A stretch of DNA of 64,000 nucleotides from assembly GCA_963794325.1 (NCBI GenBank), contig CAWCDG010000002.1:616143-680142 (forward strand). Direction: 5' to 3'. Both the position numbers and the translations under genes were made by a program. The notes under the pieces were generated by a model that was not told the origin of the DNA, made no database searches, and saw only the letters and a list, made by a program, of their open reading frames with translations. Shown piece after piece: positions 9,749 through 18,570 of the stretch. Position 1 is the stretch's first letter. Every line of letters starts with the position of its first letter. Source of the DNA: an uncultured delta proteobacterium (GTDB taxonomy: Bacteria > Desulfobacterota > Binatia > Binatales > Binataceae).

Positions 9749-10508
9749 ATGGCTTACTTCGATTCCAATGGCGTGCAGATTTATTTTGAGGAGCGCGGGA
9801 ACGGGCGAGCCGGTTGTGCTGGTGCATGGGTTTGCGTCGCGCGGGGAGCATAACTGGGGCGGGGGATGGATCGACGCGCTCGCGCGGGATTATCGCGTCG
9901 TCGTGCTGGATTGCCGCGGTCACGGCAAGAGCGGGAAGCCGCACGATTCGGCGGCGTACGATGGCGAGACGATGGGCGACGACGTGATCCGGCTGATGGA
10001 TCATCTGGGAATCAAGCGCACGCTCATCATGGGATACTCGATGGGCGGGCGAATCGTGACGGGGCTGCTGATGTTGCATCCGGAGCGTCTGCGCGCGGCG
10101 GTGCTCGGCGGAATCGGCGCGGCGAGCGCGGCGGCGCCAAGCTTCAATCGCAAGCCGATCGTCGATGCGCTGCTCGCCGAAAATATTTCGAGCGTGAAGG
10201 AGCAGCGTGCGCGGGATTTTCGCCAGTTTGCGGAGGCCACCGGCAACGACTTGAAGGCATTGGCGGCTGTGATGGCGTCGAAGCGCGAGGATTTCACTGC
10301 CGAGCAAATTGCGGCAAAGAAGATTCGCGTGCCGGTGATGATCGTGATCGGGACTAAGGATTTGCTGGTCGGCGATCCGAAGTTACTGCATGGCGCGATA
10401 CCGGGCAGCAAACTGGTGATGCTCGAAGGACAGGATCATCTGAGCGCGCCGAGCGACCCGCGTTACGTGAAAGAGGTGCTGGAGTTTTTCAAGGCGGCGC
10501 CGGCGTAG
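9749..10508 (+). CDS. Alpha/beta hydrolase, frameshifted near 9797-9800
   Basis: AGGAG RBS then ATG 9749 gives MAYFDSNGVQIYFEERG, continuing in the +1 frame as GEPVVLVHGF...GYSMGG...DHL. Confidence 0.8.
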
Positions 10509-10534
10509 GCCGCTGAGTTTGCGAATGTGCGAGC

Positions 10535-10580
10535 AACCTAACCCCTAACCCCTTCCCATAGTGGGAAGGGGAACCGGAAT
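10535..10580. repeat. Family A palindromic repeat
   Basis: AACCTAACCCCTAACCCCTTCCCATAGTGGGAAGGGGAACCGGAAT between convergent genes. Confidence 0.85.
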
Positions 10581-10621
10581 AGGGGCGATCGAGTTGGTTT
10601 GTGTTTTAGAATTCGCCACCT

Positions 10622-11473
10622 TCAGTGGATCCGCGGCGCGTTCAGGGTACCAGTCAAGAGATAGCGCTGCGGGCCTGGAGGGTGGGGCAGGACTGCAAGG
10701 AGCATCGCCAACTGCGAAGCGGCCGCGGGGGATGTCGATAGAGTGAATTGGATTGCGAGCTCGCTTTCGCCTGGGTCGGGGGCTAGTTGGATCGTTCCTT
10801 CGGCGCTGAGGGTCAAGTCACCGCCGGTGGTTGCGAGCTGCTCGATCGTCAATGTTCCCTGATCCAATTTAAATTTTGAATGGCCTTCGCCCAAACGGAT
10901 TGGTGAGCTCGCCAGGGCCGAGATGAAGGTCAGGCCGGCGGCGCTTAGTATGCCGTCGCCGGTTTCCGCGATGTCTGCCGGGGAGAGCAATAGACTGCCG
11001 GTGCCGGAGAGCGCGCCGACGACGCTCGCGCCGGGGATTGTCCATAAATGCTGACGCGCTAGATCCAACGAGTCGAGGTCGTAGCTGATTGCGGTGCCGC
11101 TGCCGCTGGGGCGCAGCGTGACGTTTACGATGCCGTCGTAGAGCGCGGCTTTTACGCGGACCCCAGGATGCATCGTGAGCATCGAGAGGAATGCGGGCGC
11201 GATCGTGACGGCGGGGCTCTCGATTAGCAGGCCGCCTGACGCCGCGCGGGTTGAGATCAGGCGGACGCCCGACAGTCGCGCACCGAAGGGGAAGCTGGCG
11301 CTCTGGCTCGCGCTGGAAACCTCGAGGCCCATCGGTGCGAGGACTTTGGTGAGTGTTTTGGAGTACGGGAAGGTTGAAATCAGGTACGCGGCGAACAGCG
11401 ATAACCCGACTATTGTGTAAGCGGTTCGAAGGAAGCGGGGTCGCTGGTACTGCTGCGACGGGATCGCGCGCAC
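10622..11473 (-). CDS. gspN: Type II secretion protein GspN-like
   Basis: N-terminal TM ending in TFPY, beta-rich body, last gene of the gsp operon; GTG start inferred. Confidence 0.7.
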   Translation of the reverse strand: MRAIPSQQYQRPRFLRTAYTIVGLSLFAAYLISTFPYSKTLTKVLAPMGLEVSSASQSASFPFGARLSGVRLISTRAASGGLLIESPAVTIAPAFLSMLTMHPGVRVKAALYDGIVNVTLRPSGSGTAISYDLDSLDLARQHLWTIPGASVVGALSGTGSLLLSPADIAETGDGILSAAGLTFISALASSPIRLGEGHSKFKLDQGTLTIEQLATTGGDLTLSAEGTIQLAPDPGESELAIQFTLSTSPAAASQLAMLLAVLPHPPGPQRYLLTGTLNAPRIH

Positions 11474-11474
11474 G

Positions 11475-12119
11475 TCAGGTGTTCTTCGCGAGCGCGACGC
11501 AAGTGAGGTCAACGTCGTAGGAATGCGTATCCGGCGTGCGGCGCTGAATCCGAATCGTCGAGACGCCAATCGGCGTCGCCAGCGAATTGATGCCGTAGAG
11601 TGCGTCGATCAATTGCGCCAGATTCACGTTGGCGAGTTTCAACTGCACGCTATACTCGGTGAATCCGTCGGAGAGCTTGCGATCGGAGCCGGGGGTGATC
11701 GAGCCAATCTTTTCGCGGCCGACGCTCTTGGTCATCGAGGCTTCGACCACCGAGAACAGCGAGAAATCCTTGCCCAGCGGAACCGTGCGCTTCTCGGCAT
11801 TGGCGAGGTTGGCCTTGAGCTGCGCATAAGTGCCGGCCAGGCGGCGAACCTCGGCGAGGTCGTGCTGGCGCTCAGCGATCTTGTCCTCGAGTCCCGAGCT
11901 CAGGCTCACGATCGGCACGTAAACCAAATTGTAGATGAGAAAAATTGCGAGCAGGCCGCCGGCGATCTGCACCAGGATGCGTTCGCGCGGTTCCAGTTTC
12001 TGGTAGCGGCCGCGCGCCTGCGCGAGCAGCGGATCGATGCGCGTCATGCCCTGCTTGAGCAAGGGACGGATCAAGTCCCTCATTCGCGCGCGCAGGTTGT
12101 CGAGCCATTCTCTAAGCAT
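11475..12119 (-). CDS. gspM: Type II secretion protein GspM
   Basis: YQKLEPRERIL then TM, coiled coil and ferredoxin-like C-terminus; follows gspL. Confidence 0.85.
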   Translation of the reverse strand: MLREWLDNLRARMRDLIRPLLKQGMTRIDPLLAQARGRYQKLEPRERILVQIAGGLLAIFLIYNLVYVPIVSLSSGLEDKIAERQHDLAEVRRLAGTYAQLKANLANAEKRTVPLGKDFSLFSVVEASMTKSVGREKIGSITPGSDRKLSDGFTEYSVQLKLANVNLAQLIDALYGINSLATPIGVSTIRIQRRTPDTHSYDVDLTCVALAKNT

Positions 12120-12132
12120 CGGGCTTCTTCAC

Positions 12133-13629
12133 TTATTCTTCGACGTCGTCGCCGCGATCACTCGACCGCACGGCGTCCTTGAAATCCGCGTCCATCCGAA
12201 AATCCACCTTGCTCGGATCAGAGCCGGCCTTGGCGTGCGCGACTTCGATCGTGCCGAAGAAGCCGCTCTTGTCGAGCGCTCGCTTGGCTTGATCGACGGT
12301 TGCGAACGAATCGGCCTGTCCGGTCACGCGCAAGCCCTGCGAATCGATCTGAACGTCAGCCATCTGAACCGGAAAGCGCGGCGGCAGCGCTCGCGATACG
12401 GCGGCCAGGGTATCGAGCGGCGAATGAGTCAGATTGCCGCCAATCAAATTCAGCCGCTTGTTCATCTTCGCGATTCCCATCTGCAACTGCGTCTTGGCGT
12501 TGGCGGGATCGGTTTCGCCGAGGACCGGTCCTGCGACGGCTGCGATTTCCGCGTTGACCTGGCTCAGGCGATGGAGTTTGGCGGACACCCCGAGCGAGAA
12601 ATGAACGATGGTCACCGCCAACAACGCAGCCGCGAGAATCCCCGAAGTGTAGAACGGGCTGAGATCGCCGCGGACGCGTCCGCGAAACATGAATTCGCCC
12701 TGCCGGAAATTGATCAGCTCAGCCGGCTTAGTCGGCAACTCGCCGAGCAGCATCGCGATGCACGATGAATACTTGCCGGTGTTGGGACCCGGCATAGCGC
12801 CCTCGAAGATTCCGGTGTAGTCGAACGCACCGCCGTCGCGTACCGCCATCGCCAGCGAATCGGACAACAGTCCGCGCACCTTCGAAGACGTCGCCGCCGC
12901 GCCCGCAATGATTACCTCGGTCTGATCGGTTTCCTCGCCGCTGGCCAGCAGCGTCTGACGCACCGAGTTGAGAATCGGCGCCGCCGCATCCTCGGATACC
13001 AGCGATCCGTCGGACATCATCAGGCCGCCGACTATCGAACGGAGAGCGCGCGGCGTTCCTCCCAGGTCAACCAGCACGACTGAGGTGGACGATTCGTCGC
13101 CCTCGACCACCAGATGCGCCATCGGCTTCGCGCCGTTTCCATTCCTGGTGCGCGTGAACATCGCGGCCAGCGCCAGCGGCGCCAGCGTGACGGTCTTGGG
13201 ATCGAGTCCCGCCTTTCGCAGCAAATCGATATGATTCTGAAGATCGGTCTTGCGCACCATCGCGGCCATCACCAGCGTGTGATCGCCCTCGCGTCCAACG
13301 CGGGTAAACGCGACTGCGCCATTGTCCACCGGAAACGGGAGATGCTCTTCCAGCGCGAACGGAACTACCTGGTGAAGGCGGCGCGCATCCTTGAACGGCA
13401 GCTCGAGCAATCGCTTGACCGCGCGATCGGCGGGCAGTGCCGAGATGACGATGTCTGGATGACCGGCGTCAACCACCAGCCGCGACAGTGCGCCGCTCAA
13501 GTCGGCCTCGTCGTCGGCGCGAACCTTGTCGTAAACGCCGGCCAGCGTGAACGAATTCCACGAGCGCTCGGCGACCGCGGCAAGCACCCGGTCCGCCCCC
13601 ATTTCCAGCGCTAGTATTCGTTGAGCCAT
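12133..13629 (-). CDS. gspL: Type II secretion protein GspL (actin-like cytoplasmic domain, TM, PilN-like domain)
   Basis: RILALEMG, LELPF..LHQVVPFALEEHLPF, INFRQGEF, single TM. Confidence 0.88.
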   Translation of the reverse strand: MAQRILALEMGADRVLAAVAERSWNSFTLAGVYDKVRADDEADLSGALSRLVVDAGHPDIVISALPADRAVKRLLELPFKDARRLHQVVPFALEEHLPFPVDNGAVAFTRVGREGDHTLVMAAMVRKTDLQNHIDLLRKAGLDPKTVTLAPLALAAMFTRTRNGNGAKPMAHLVVEGDESSTSVVLVDLGGTPRALRSIVGGLMMSDGSLVSEDAAAPILNSVRQTLLASGEETDQTEVIIAGAAATSSKVRGLLSDSLAMAVRDGGAFDYTGIFEGAMPGPNTGKYSSCIAMLLGELPTKPAELINFRQGEFMFRGRVRGDLSPFYTSGILAAALLAVTIVHFSLGVSAKLHRLSQVNAEIAAVAGPVLGETDPANAKTQLQMGIAKMNKRLNLIGGNLTHSPLDTLAAVSRALPPRFPVQMADVQIDSQGLRVTGQADSFATVDQAKRALDKSGFFGTIEVAHAKAGSDPSKVDFRMDADFKDAVRSSDRGDDVEE

Positions 13630-13657
13630 CAGGCGTCCTTGGTCCTAATCTTCGTGC

Positions 13658-14605
13658 CTAATCTTCGTGCCATGAGGCGAGGGTGCCGACGCCGGTGGTC
13701 TCGCGATGGAAGGTTGCGGTGATAATTTTCCGCGCGCCCGCATAAGTTCCGTTTCCAGTGATCGTAAAAAATTGACTCCTCATATCCACGTCCTTCTGCA
13801 GGCGCTGGCCTACTTCGCCGAGATCTGGAAGGTTCGCGATGTCGGTAGGCTGGCTGAACGGCCGAATCGTGCGGGCGTCCAGTATCGACACCACGATTTT
13901 CTGATCCTCGGTCAACTCCGGTTCCAGCGCCGCCAGTACTTGCGGCGACGCGGTGTTGGCGTTAACCGCCGTCTCAGGCATCACAGTGAGAAACGGGCTT
14001 ACCCGGTTAAAGACTGCCTCGTTGAACCCCTGCACCATCTGCAAATCACCCATCGTCGGCATCGACCCGTAGCGCGGCTGGTATGGCGGCTTCAGTCCCG
14101 CGTAATAATCCCCGATACCGCCGCCGAGCCCGGTGCCATTATTCGGTGTAATCCAGTCGATGATACCTTGAACCAAGTCGGGGCTCACGTCGAGTATCGT
14201 GAAAAGCCGTTGGACCTTCAAAACGGCAAGCTGGTTCGGGTGGCCGTTTTGAACCATCGCATTCAAATTGATTTTGCGGCCTTCGTCCACGATCGACAAG
14301 GACACTGTGCCACCCTCGAGTTGCATCGGCGGAAACGGCATAGCCCACACGTCGTTTAAGGTGTCGGTCGGGGTTTGCGATTTCGCATCGGCGCGCGCGT
14401 CGGCCGCGAGCAGCGCGAGACCGATACTGACCGCCGACCTCGCCAGGTAACTGGCGCGCAGCTCGTTGGCCTGGTTCGCCGCCGACACGAACCCGAGTCC
14501 CGAGGTCATCGCGAATTCCACGACGACCAGGGTCATCAGTGCGACTCCGAGCAGAACCGCCAGCAGCGCGACGCCGCGTTCGCTCTTTCGCATCCGCGCT
14601 ACCAT
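13658..14605 (-). CDS. gspK: Minor pseudopilin GspK
   Basis: Prepilin-like SERG|VALLAVL, DTLNDVWA, DEGRKINLN, VNANTAS. Confidence 0.9.
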   Translation of the reverse strand: MVARMRKSERGVALLAVLLGVALMTLVVVEFAMTSGLGFVSAANQANELRASYLARSAVSIGLALLAADARADAKSQTPTDTLNDVWAMPFPPMQLEGGTVSLSIVDEGRKINLNAMVQNGHPNQLAVLKVQRLFTILDVSPDLVQGIIDWITPNNGTGLGGGIGDYYAGLKPPYQPRYGSMPTMGDLQMVQGFNEAVFNRVSPFLTVMPETAVNANTASPQVLAALEPELTEDQKIVVSILDARTIRPFSQPTDIANLPDLGEVGQRLQKDVDMRSQFFTITGNGTYAGARKIITATFHRETTGVGTLASWHED

Positions 14606-15267
14606 TGCTGTATCGCCATCGGCAGAGTGACCTGAGTCGCGAAGTCCATCACGCGTCCGCCGGGCGCCGCCATCTGAATCTGGATTGCCACCGCGACCGG
14701 CAACTGGCGTCCGCGCGGCAGGCTCGGCGAGTCCCAACTCTCTCCCCACCGCTGTCCGTCGAAATAACGGAAGTGAAGCGAGAGCACATTGTCCGCGAGC
14801 ACCGTTGTTTGCGGCGTGACGGCGTTCGTCAGCAGTCCGCTTTGCTGCGAGCGCTGCAGCACATACCAGCCCCGCTGATCAGGATTCGACGTCAAATTGT
14901 AAGTGACGATCGTTTCGGCCGTCATCCCGGTAAGTGCGCGGCGATGGCCCGCGCTGAAGGTGGACAGCGTCAGGGTATCGACCGCCGTGCCACCGTTCAT
15001 GTGGCCGGCGCCGAACATGGCGACGTTGCTGGTAGTGTACGGAGTCTGCACGGCGTTGCGCAGTTCCTTGGTGAGTTGCCACAACAAGGCACGGCCCTCG
15101 CGATCGACCATGAGGCGCCCCTCAGCATGCACCTTGCTATGCGCTATCGCGCTGAACGAGCTCGCCAGCATCGCGAGGATCATCGCCAGCACGCCGATCG
15201 CGAGCATCATCTCGATAAGCGTGAAGCCGCGCGGTGCGCGACGCGTCGAAATACGCCGGTTGATCAT
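14599..15267 (-). CDS. gspJ: Minor pseudopilin GspJ
   Basis: G|FTLIEMMLAI; C-terminal FRYFDG..W..WDS..LPVAV. Confidence 0.88.
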   Translation of the reverse strand: MINRRISTRRAPRGFTLIEMMLAIGVLAMILAMLASSFSAIAHSKVHAEGRLMVDREGRALLWQLTKELRNAVQTPYTTSNVAMFGAGHMNGGTAVDTLTLSTFSAGHRRALTGMTAETIVTYNLTSNPDQRGWYVLQRSQQSGLLTNAVTPQTTVLADNVLSLHFRYFDGQRWGESWDSPSLPRGRQLPVAVAIQIQMAAPGGRVMDFATQVTLPMAIQQW

Positions 15268-15689
15268 GGCGTCGCTGCCTGCGGGTCGTTTGGATCGAGC
15301 GGGACTGGCGAATGCAGAAATTCGACGAGCGAGAAGCTTTGCTCAAGCTTGGGGCCGTAGCGAATCACGATCTTGACCTTGCGAACGTCGGGGAACATGC
15401 CTGACGCGGCGACCTCGCGTTCCCACCGGAAATCCTGGAACTCGCCGGGGAACGACGATTCGAAATCGCCGCTGCTGCGGCCGAGGTCCGGATACCGCTC
15501 GAGCTCCGCCTCGGTCATCACCGCCTGCGCCAGCATCGAGGCCCGCGTCGATTGCTGCGCCCGAATCACGGATTGGATGCTCTGATGTTGCAGTCCGAGC
15601 AGGCCCATCAGCGCGATCCCGAGGATCGCAATCGCAACCATCACCTCGAGCAGGGTAAATCCTCGCGCGCGCTGGTGAAGAAGATTCAC
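15264..15689 (-). CDS. gspI: Minor pseudopilin GspI
   Basis: G|FTLLEVMVAIAILG; operon position. Confidence 0.88.
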   Translation of the reverse strand: MNLLHQRARGFTLLEVMVAIAILGIALMGLLGLQHQSIQSVIRAQQSTRASMLAQAVMTEAELERYPDLGRSSGDFESSFPGEFQDFRWEREVAASGMFPDVRKVKIVIRYGPKLEQSFSLVEFLHSPVPLDPNDPQAATP

Positions 15690-16273
15690 TGCGGCACCTT
15701 GATGCCCGCCGGCATCACGTCGCCGTTGATAATCGCGACCTGGCCGGTCAGCGGAGAGAATTCGAGCGTCATCACGTCGCCCGAGGCGTCCTCGAGATGC
15801 ACCACGGTCGCATCGACGTAGCCCTCGGGATAGAAGGTGGTCGCGATAGTGCCGCGATTCAGGGTGCCGATTCCTTCGACCGTCACGTCGCGAATCCGAA
15901 TCGCCGACGGCATCATGACCGGATGTCCCGACATGCTGGTGTCAGGCGCGAATACTGGCTTGATCGCGTACGGATCGAGCTGCGCGACCGCATAGCCGTT
16001 GTTGTCGAGATCGAAGATTAGCTTCAACACGAGTTTGTGGCCGGTGGCCTCGTCGTACAAGTAAGTCGCGCGGCCCGCGAGCCGGCGCGCCTGGCTCTTG
16101 AGCGCAGCCTGACGAAATCCGCCAAGGTACGGCATCGCCAGGGTCAGCATCAGGCCCATTATAAAAATTACGACCGCAAGCTCGAGCAGCGTGAAGCCCG
16201 GCGCCGCGGACCTCGCGCCACGGCGCGCGCTCGCGGTGGCATCGCGAGAAGCTGGCTCGGGCCGGCACTTCAT
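15686..16273 (-). CDS. gspH: Minor pseudopilin GspH
   Basis: G|FTLLELAVVI; FYPEG motif; follows gspG. Confidence 0.85.
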   Translation of the reverse strand: MKCRPEPASRDATASARRGARSAAPGFTLLELAVVIFIMGLMLTLAMPYLGGFRQAALKSQARRLAGRATYLYDEATGHKLVLKLIFDLDNNGYAVAQLDPYAIKPVFAPDTSMSGHPVMMPSAIRIRDVTVEGIGTLNRGTIATTFYPEGYVDATVVHLEDASGDVMTLEFSPLTGQVAIINGDVMPAGIKVPQ

Positions 16274-16280
16274 TGCGTCG

Positions 16281-16709
16281 TCACTGCGATTGGCTGGCGT
16301 CTATAACGCTGGAAGTGTCTCCGCTGTCGGTGCCGCCTTTGCCGAACGACTTCAGCACATAGGAGTTCCCATCGCTCTGGAAGAAGTACGGGTTCCCCCA
16401 TGGATCCATTGGAAGGCGTTCGATATAGCCGCCACTCTCGTAGTTGGCGGGCACGCGTCCGCTCGACGGCGGCGAAACGAGCGAATTCAAACCCTGGTCG
16501 GTGGTCGGATAGAAACCATTGTCGAGGTAATAGCGATCGAGCGCAGTTTTGATCTCGGCGAGGTCGGCCTGCGCCTTGGTGCGCTTGGCCTTGTCGGCGG
16601 CGCCGCGGAGACTCTGTACAACGATCGTCGCCAGCAGGCCAAGGATCAGAATAACCACCATGATTTCAATCAGGGTAAAACCATCCTGATTGTATCGGCG
16701 CGATTTCAT
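16281..16709 (-). CDS. gspG: Major pseudopilin GspG
   Basis: G|FTLIEIMVV, YYLDNG.YPTTDQGL, DPWGNPY; GGAGGT RBS. Confidence 0.95.
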   Translation of the reverse strand: MKSRRYNQDGFTLIEIMVVILILGLLATIVVQSLRGAADKAKRTKAQADLAEIKTALDRYYLDNGFYPTTDQGLNSLVSPPSSGRVPANYESGGYIERLPMDPWGNPYFFQSDGNSYVLKSFGKGGTDSGDTSSVIDASQSQ

Positions 16710-16726
16710 CGCGATTACCTCCGGCG

Positions 16727-16760
16727 CATTTTTCATTTTTTCACTTTTCATTTTTTCACT
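16727..16760 (-). repeat. AT-rich short tandem repeat of (G/A)TGAAAA(A) units
   Basis: CATTTTTCATTTTTTCACTTTTCATTTTTTCACT; same unit at 46044-46080. Confidence 0.7.
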
Positions 16761-17316
16761 GCATCAACTGGTTGAGCTGGAAAATCGGCATCAGCACCGC
16801 CAGCATCATGAACACGATAACAGCGGCCATCGCGAGCGTCATCACAGGTTCGAGCACAGTGGTCATCTGGGACGAGTGGTCACAGTAGTGGTAGAGCCGC
16901 CGTCCGCGCTCGGTTAGCAGCGCACCCACTGTTCCGGCGACGAGCCCGACGAACAGAATAACCATCGCCAGCCAATGGCCCGTGATGAGCGCTGAGAATC
17001 TCATCAAAAGTTTCGTCGCCAGTGGCAATGACGCATGCTGCTGCACGAAGATCGTCGCTACCTGCGGCACCACATATGCCACCAGGAACAATATGATCCC
17101 CGTTCCATAGGTCAGCATTACGAGAGGATAGGTCAACGCGCCGCCAACCTCGTTCACCGATCGGTTGTCAGAGCGCCGTCCCTGCCGCCCTACCAGCGCG
17201 CCAGCCATTAACTTTAAGAGCCCAATTAACCGACTGGTCGTGGTGGTTGAACAGCTGTGCGCGCCGCTGACTTCGTAGGTGGATTCGGCGTTGTAACTGC
17301 GCGACTGCGTCTTCAT
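16756..17316 (-). CDS. Truncated GspF paralogue (mini-GspF, 186 aa, TM segments only)
   Basis: ATG overlaps gspF stop (TAATG); contains GALTYP..LVAYVVPQVATIF..LPLATK..RGRR.Y and a C-terminal 38 aa identical to GspF. Confidence 0.7.
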   Translation of the reverse strand: MKTQSRSYNAESTYEVSGAHSCSTTTTSRLIGLLKLMAGALVGRQGRRSDNRSVNEVGGALTYPLVMLTYGTGIILFLVAYVVPQVATIFVQQHASLPLATKLLMRFSALITGHWLAMVILFVGLVAGTVGALLTERGRRLYHYCDHSSQMTTVLEPVMTLAMAAVIVFMMLAVLMPIFQLNQLMQ

Positions 17317-18545
17317 TACTGCATCAACTGATTGAGCTGGAAAATCGGCATCAGCACCGCCAGCATCATGAACACGATAACAGCGGCCATCGCCAGCGTC
17401 ATCACAGGTTCCAGCACCGTGGTCATCTGGCTCAGTGAGTGCGAGACCTCGCGTTCGTAGTTGTCCGCGACCCGCTCCAGCATCCGCTCGAGCTCGCCCG
17501 ACCGTTCGCCGACCCGAATCATCTCGATCAGCAGCGGTGGGAACAGTCCGCTTTGCGAGAGCGTCTGCGCCATGCCGTGGCCTTCCCGGATGCTTTCGCG
17601 GCTCTTCTCGACGGCGTCCTTGAGCAGACCGTTGGTCACCACGCCCTTGACCGCGTCGAGCGAGGGCAGCAATTGAACGCCGCTGGCGAGCAGGGTGGCC
17701 AGCGTCCGCGCGAAGCGCGCGCAGATAATTCGAATCATCGTCGGCCCGATGTAGTAAACCTTCAGGATCGCGGTATCGTAGATTCTGCGGCCGCGCGGCG
17801 TCGCCATCGCGGCGCTGAATCCTGCGACGATGCCGACCAGCAACAGTGCCAGCGGAATCCAGTAGCCGGTGACGATTCCCGAAATTGTGATGAGGACTTT
17901 GGTCGCCAGCGGCAGCGCCGCATGCTGCTGCTCGAAAATCGTCGCGACCTGCGGCACCACGTATGCCACCAGGAACGCCATGATTCCGGTGCCGACGCAC
18001 ATCATGATGATCGGATAGGTCAGCGCCCCGCGCACCTTGGTGACGAATTCATTCTGGCGCTCGCTGTACTCCGCGAGCCGGTCCAGCACCGCCTCGAGCG
18101 CCGCCGCCTGCTCGCCGGCCCGGACCATCCCGATGTAGAGATCTGAAAACACGTCGCGATGATTGCTCAGCGCATCGGCCAGCGACGAGCCCTCGCGCAC
18201 CCGCTCGCGCACCTGCGAGAGCATCCGCTTGGTCGCGGCGCGGGTCGATTGGTCAGCGAGCGCAGTCAGCGCATCGACCAACTGCACGCCAGCACCAAGC
18301 AGCGCGCTCAACTGCCGGGTGAGCAGCGCCAGGTCCGACGCCGGCATCTTGCGCCGCCACAGCGAGGGCAGCCAGTCGCGCTTGGCGGCCTGGCGTTCGG
18401 CGGCGTTGGATTCCTCGTTGAGGTCGGTCGGGAAAATCCCTGACGCGCGCAGCTTGCCGCGCGCGGTTCGCGCACTGTCCGCGTCAACCACGCCGTTGAC
18501 GGAACGACCGTCGGCGCCAAGTCCTCGATAAGCAAATACTGGCAT
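17316..18545 (-). CDS. gspF: Type II secretion inner membrane platform protein GspF
   Basis: MPVFAYRG, TRQLSALLGAG, AGE..LE.VL.RLA.Y, ALTYP, GERSGEL..ML, LEP. Confidence 0.96.
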   Translation of the reverse strand: MPVFAYRGLGADGRSVNGVVDADSARTARGKLRASGIFPTDLNEESNAAERQAAKRDWLPSLWRRKMPASDLALLTRQLSALLGAGVQLVDALTALADQSTRAATKRMLSQVRERVREGSSLADALSNHRDVFSDLYIGMVRAGEQAAALEAVLDRLAEYSERQNEFVTKVRGALTYPIIMMCVGTGIMAFLVAYVVPQVATIFEQQHAALPLATKVLITISGIVTGYWIPLALLLVGIVAGFSAAMATPRGRRIYDTAILKVYYIGPTMIRIICARFARTLATLLASGVQLLPSLDAVKGVVTNGLLKDAVEKSRESIREGHGMAQTLSQSGLFPPLLIEMIRVGERSGELERMLERVADNYEREVSHSLSQMTTVLEPVMTLAMAAVIVFMMLAVLMPIFQLNQLMQ

Positions 18546-18570
18546 CGGTGAAAAAAATTAAGCGGGAGCG

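Noticed and set aside
16756-17430. gspF 3' duplication as an assembly artefact or DGR template/variable repeat pair
   Set aside because: Differences are synonymous and not adenine-specific, the middle segment is clearly diverged, and no reverse transcriptase is present.
16756-18000. 414-aa ORF in the track
   Set aside because: The first part is an alternative-frame shadow of gspF; only 16756-17316 is credible.
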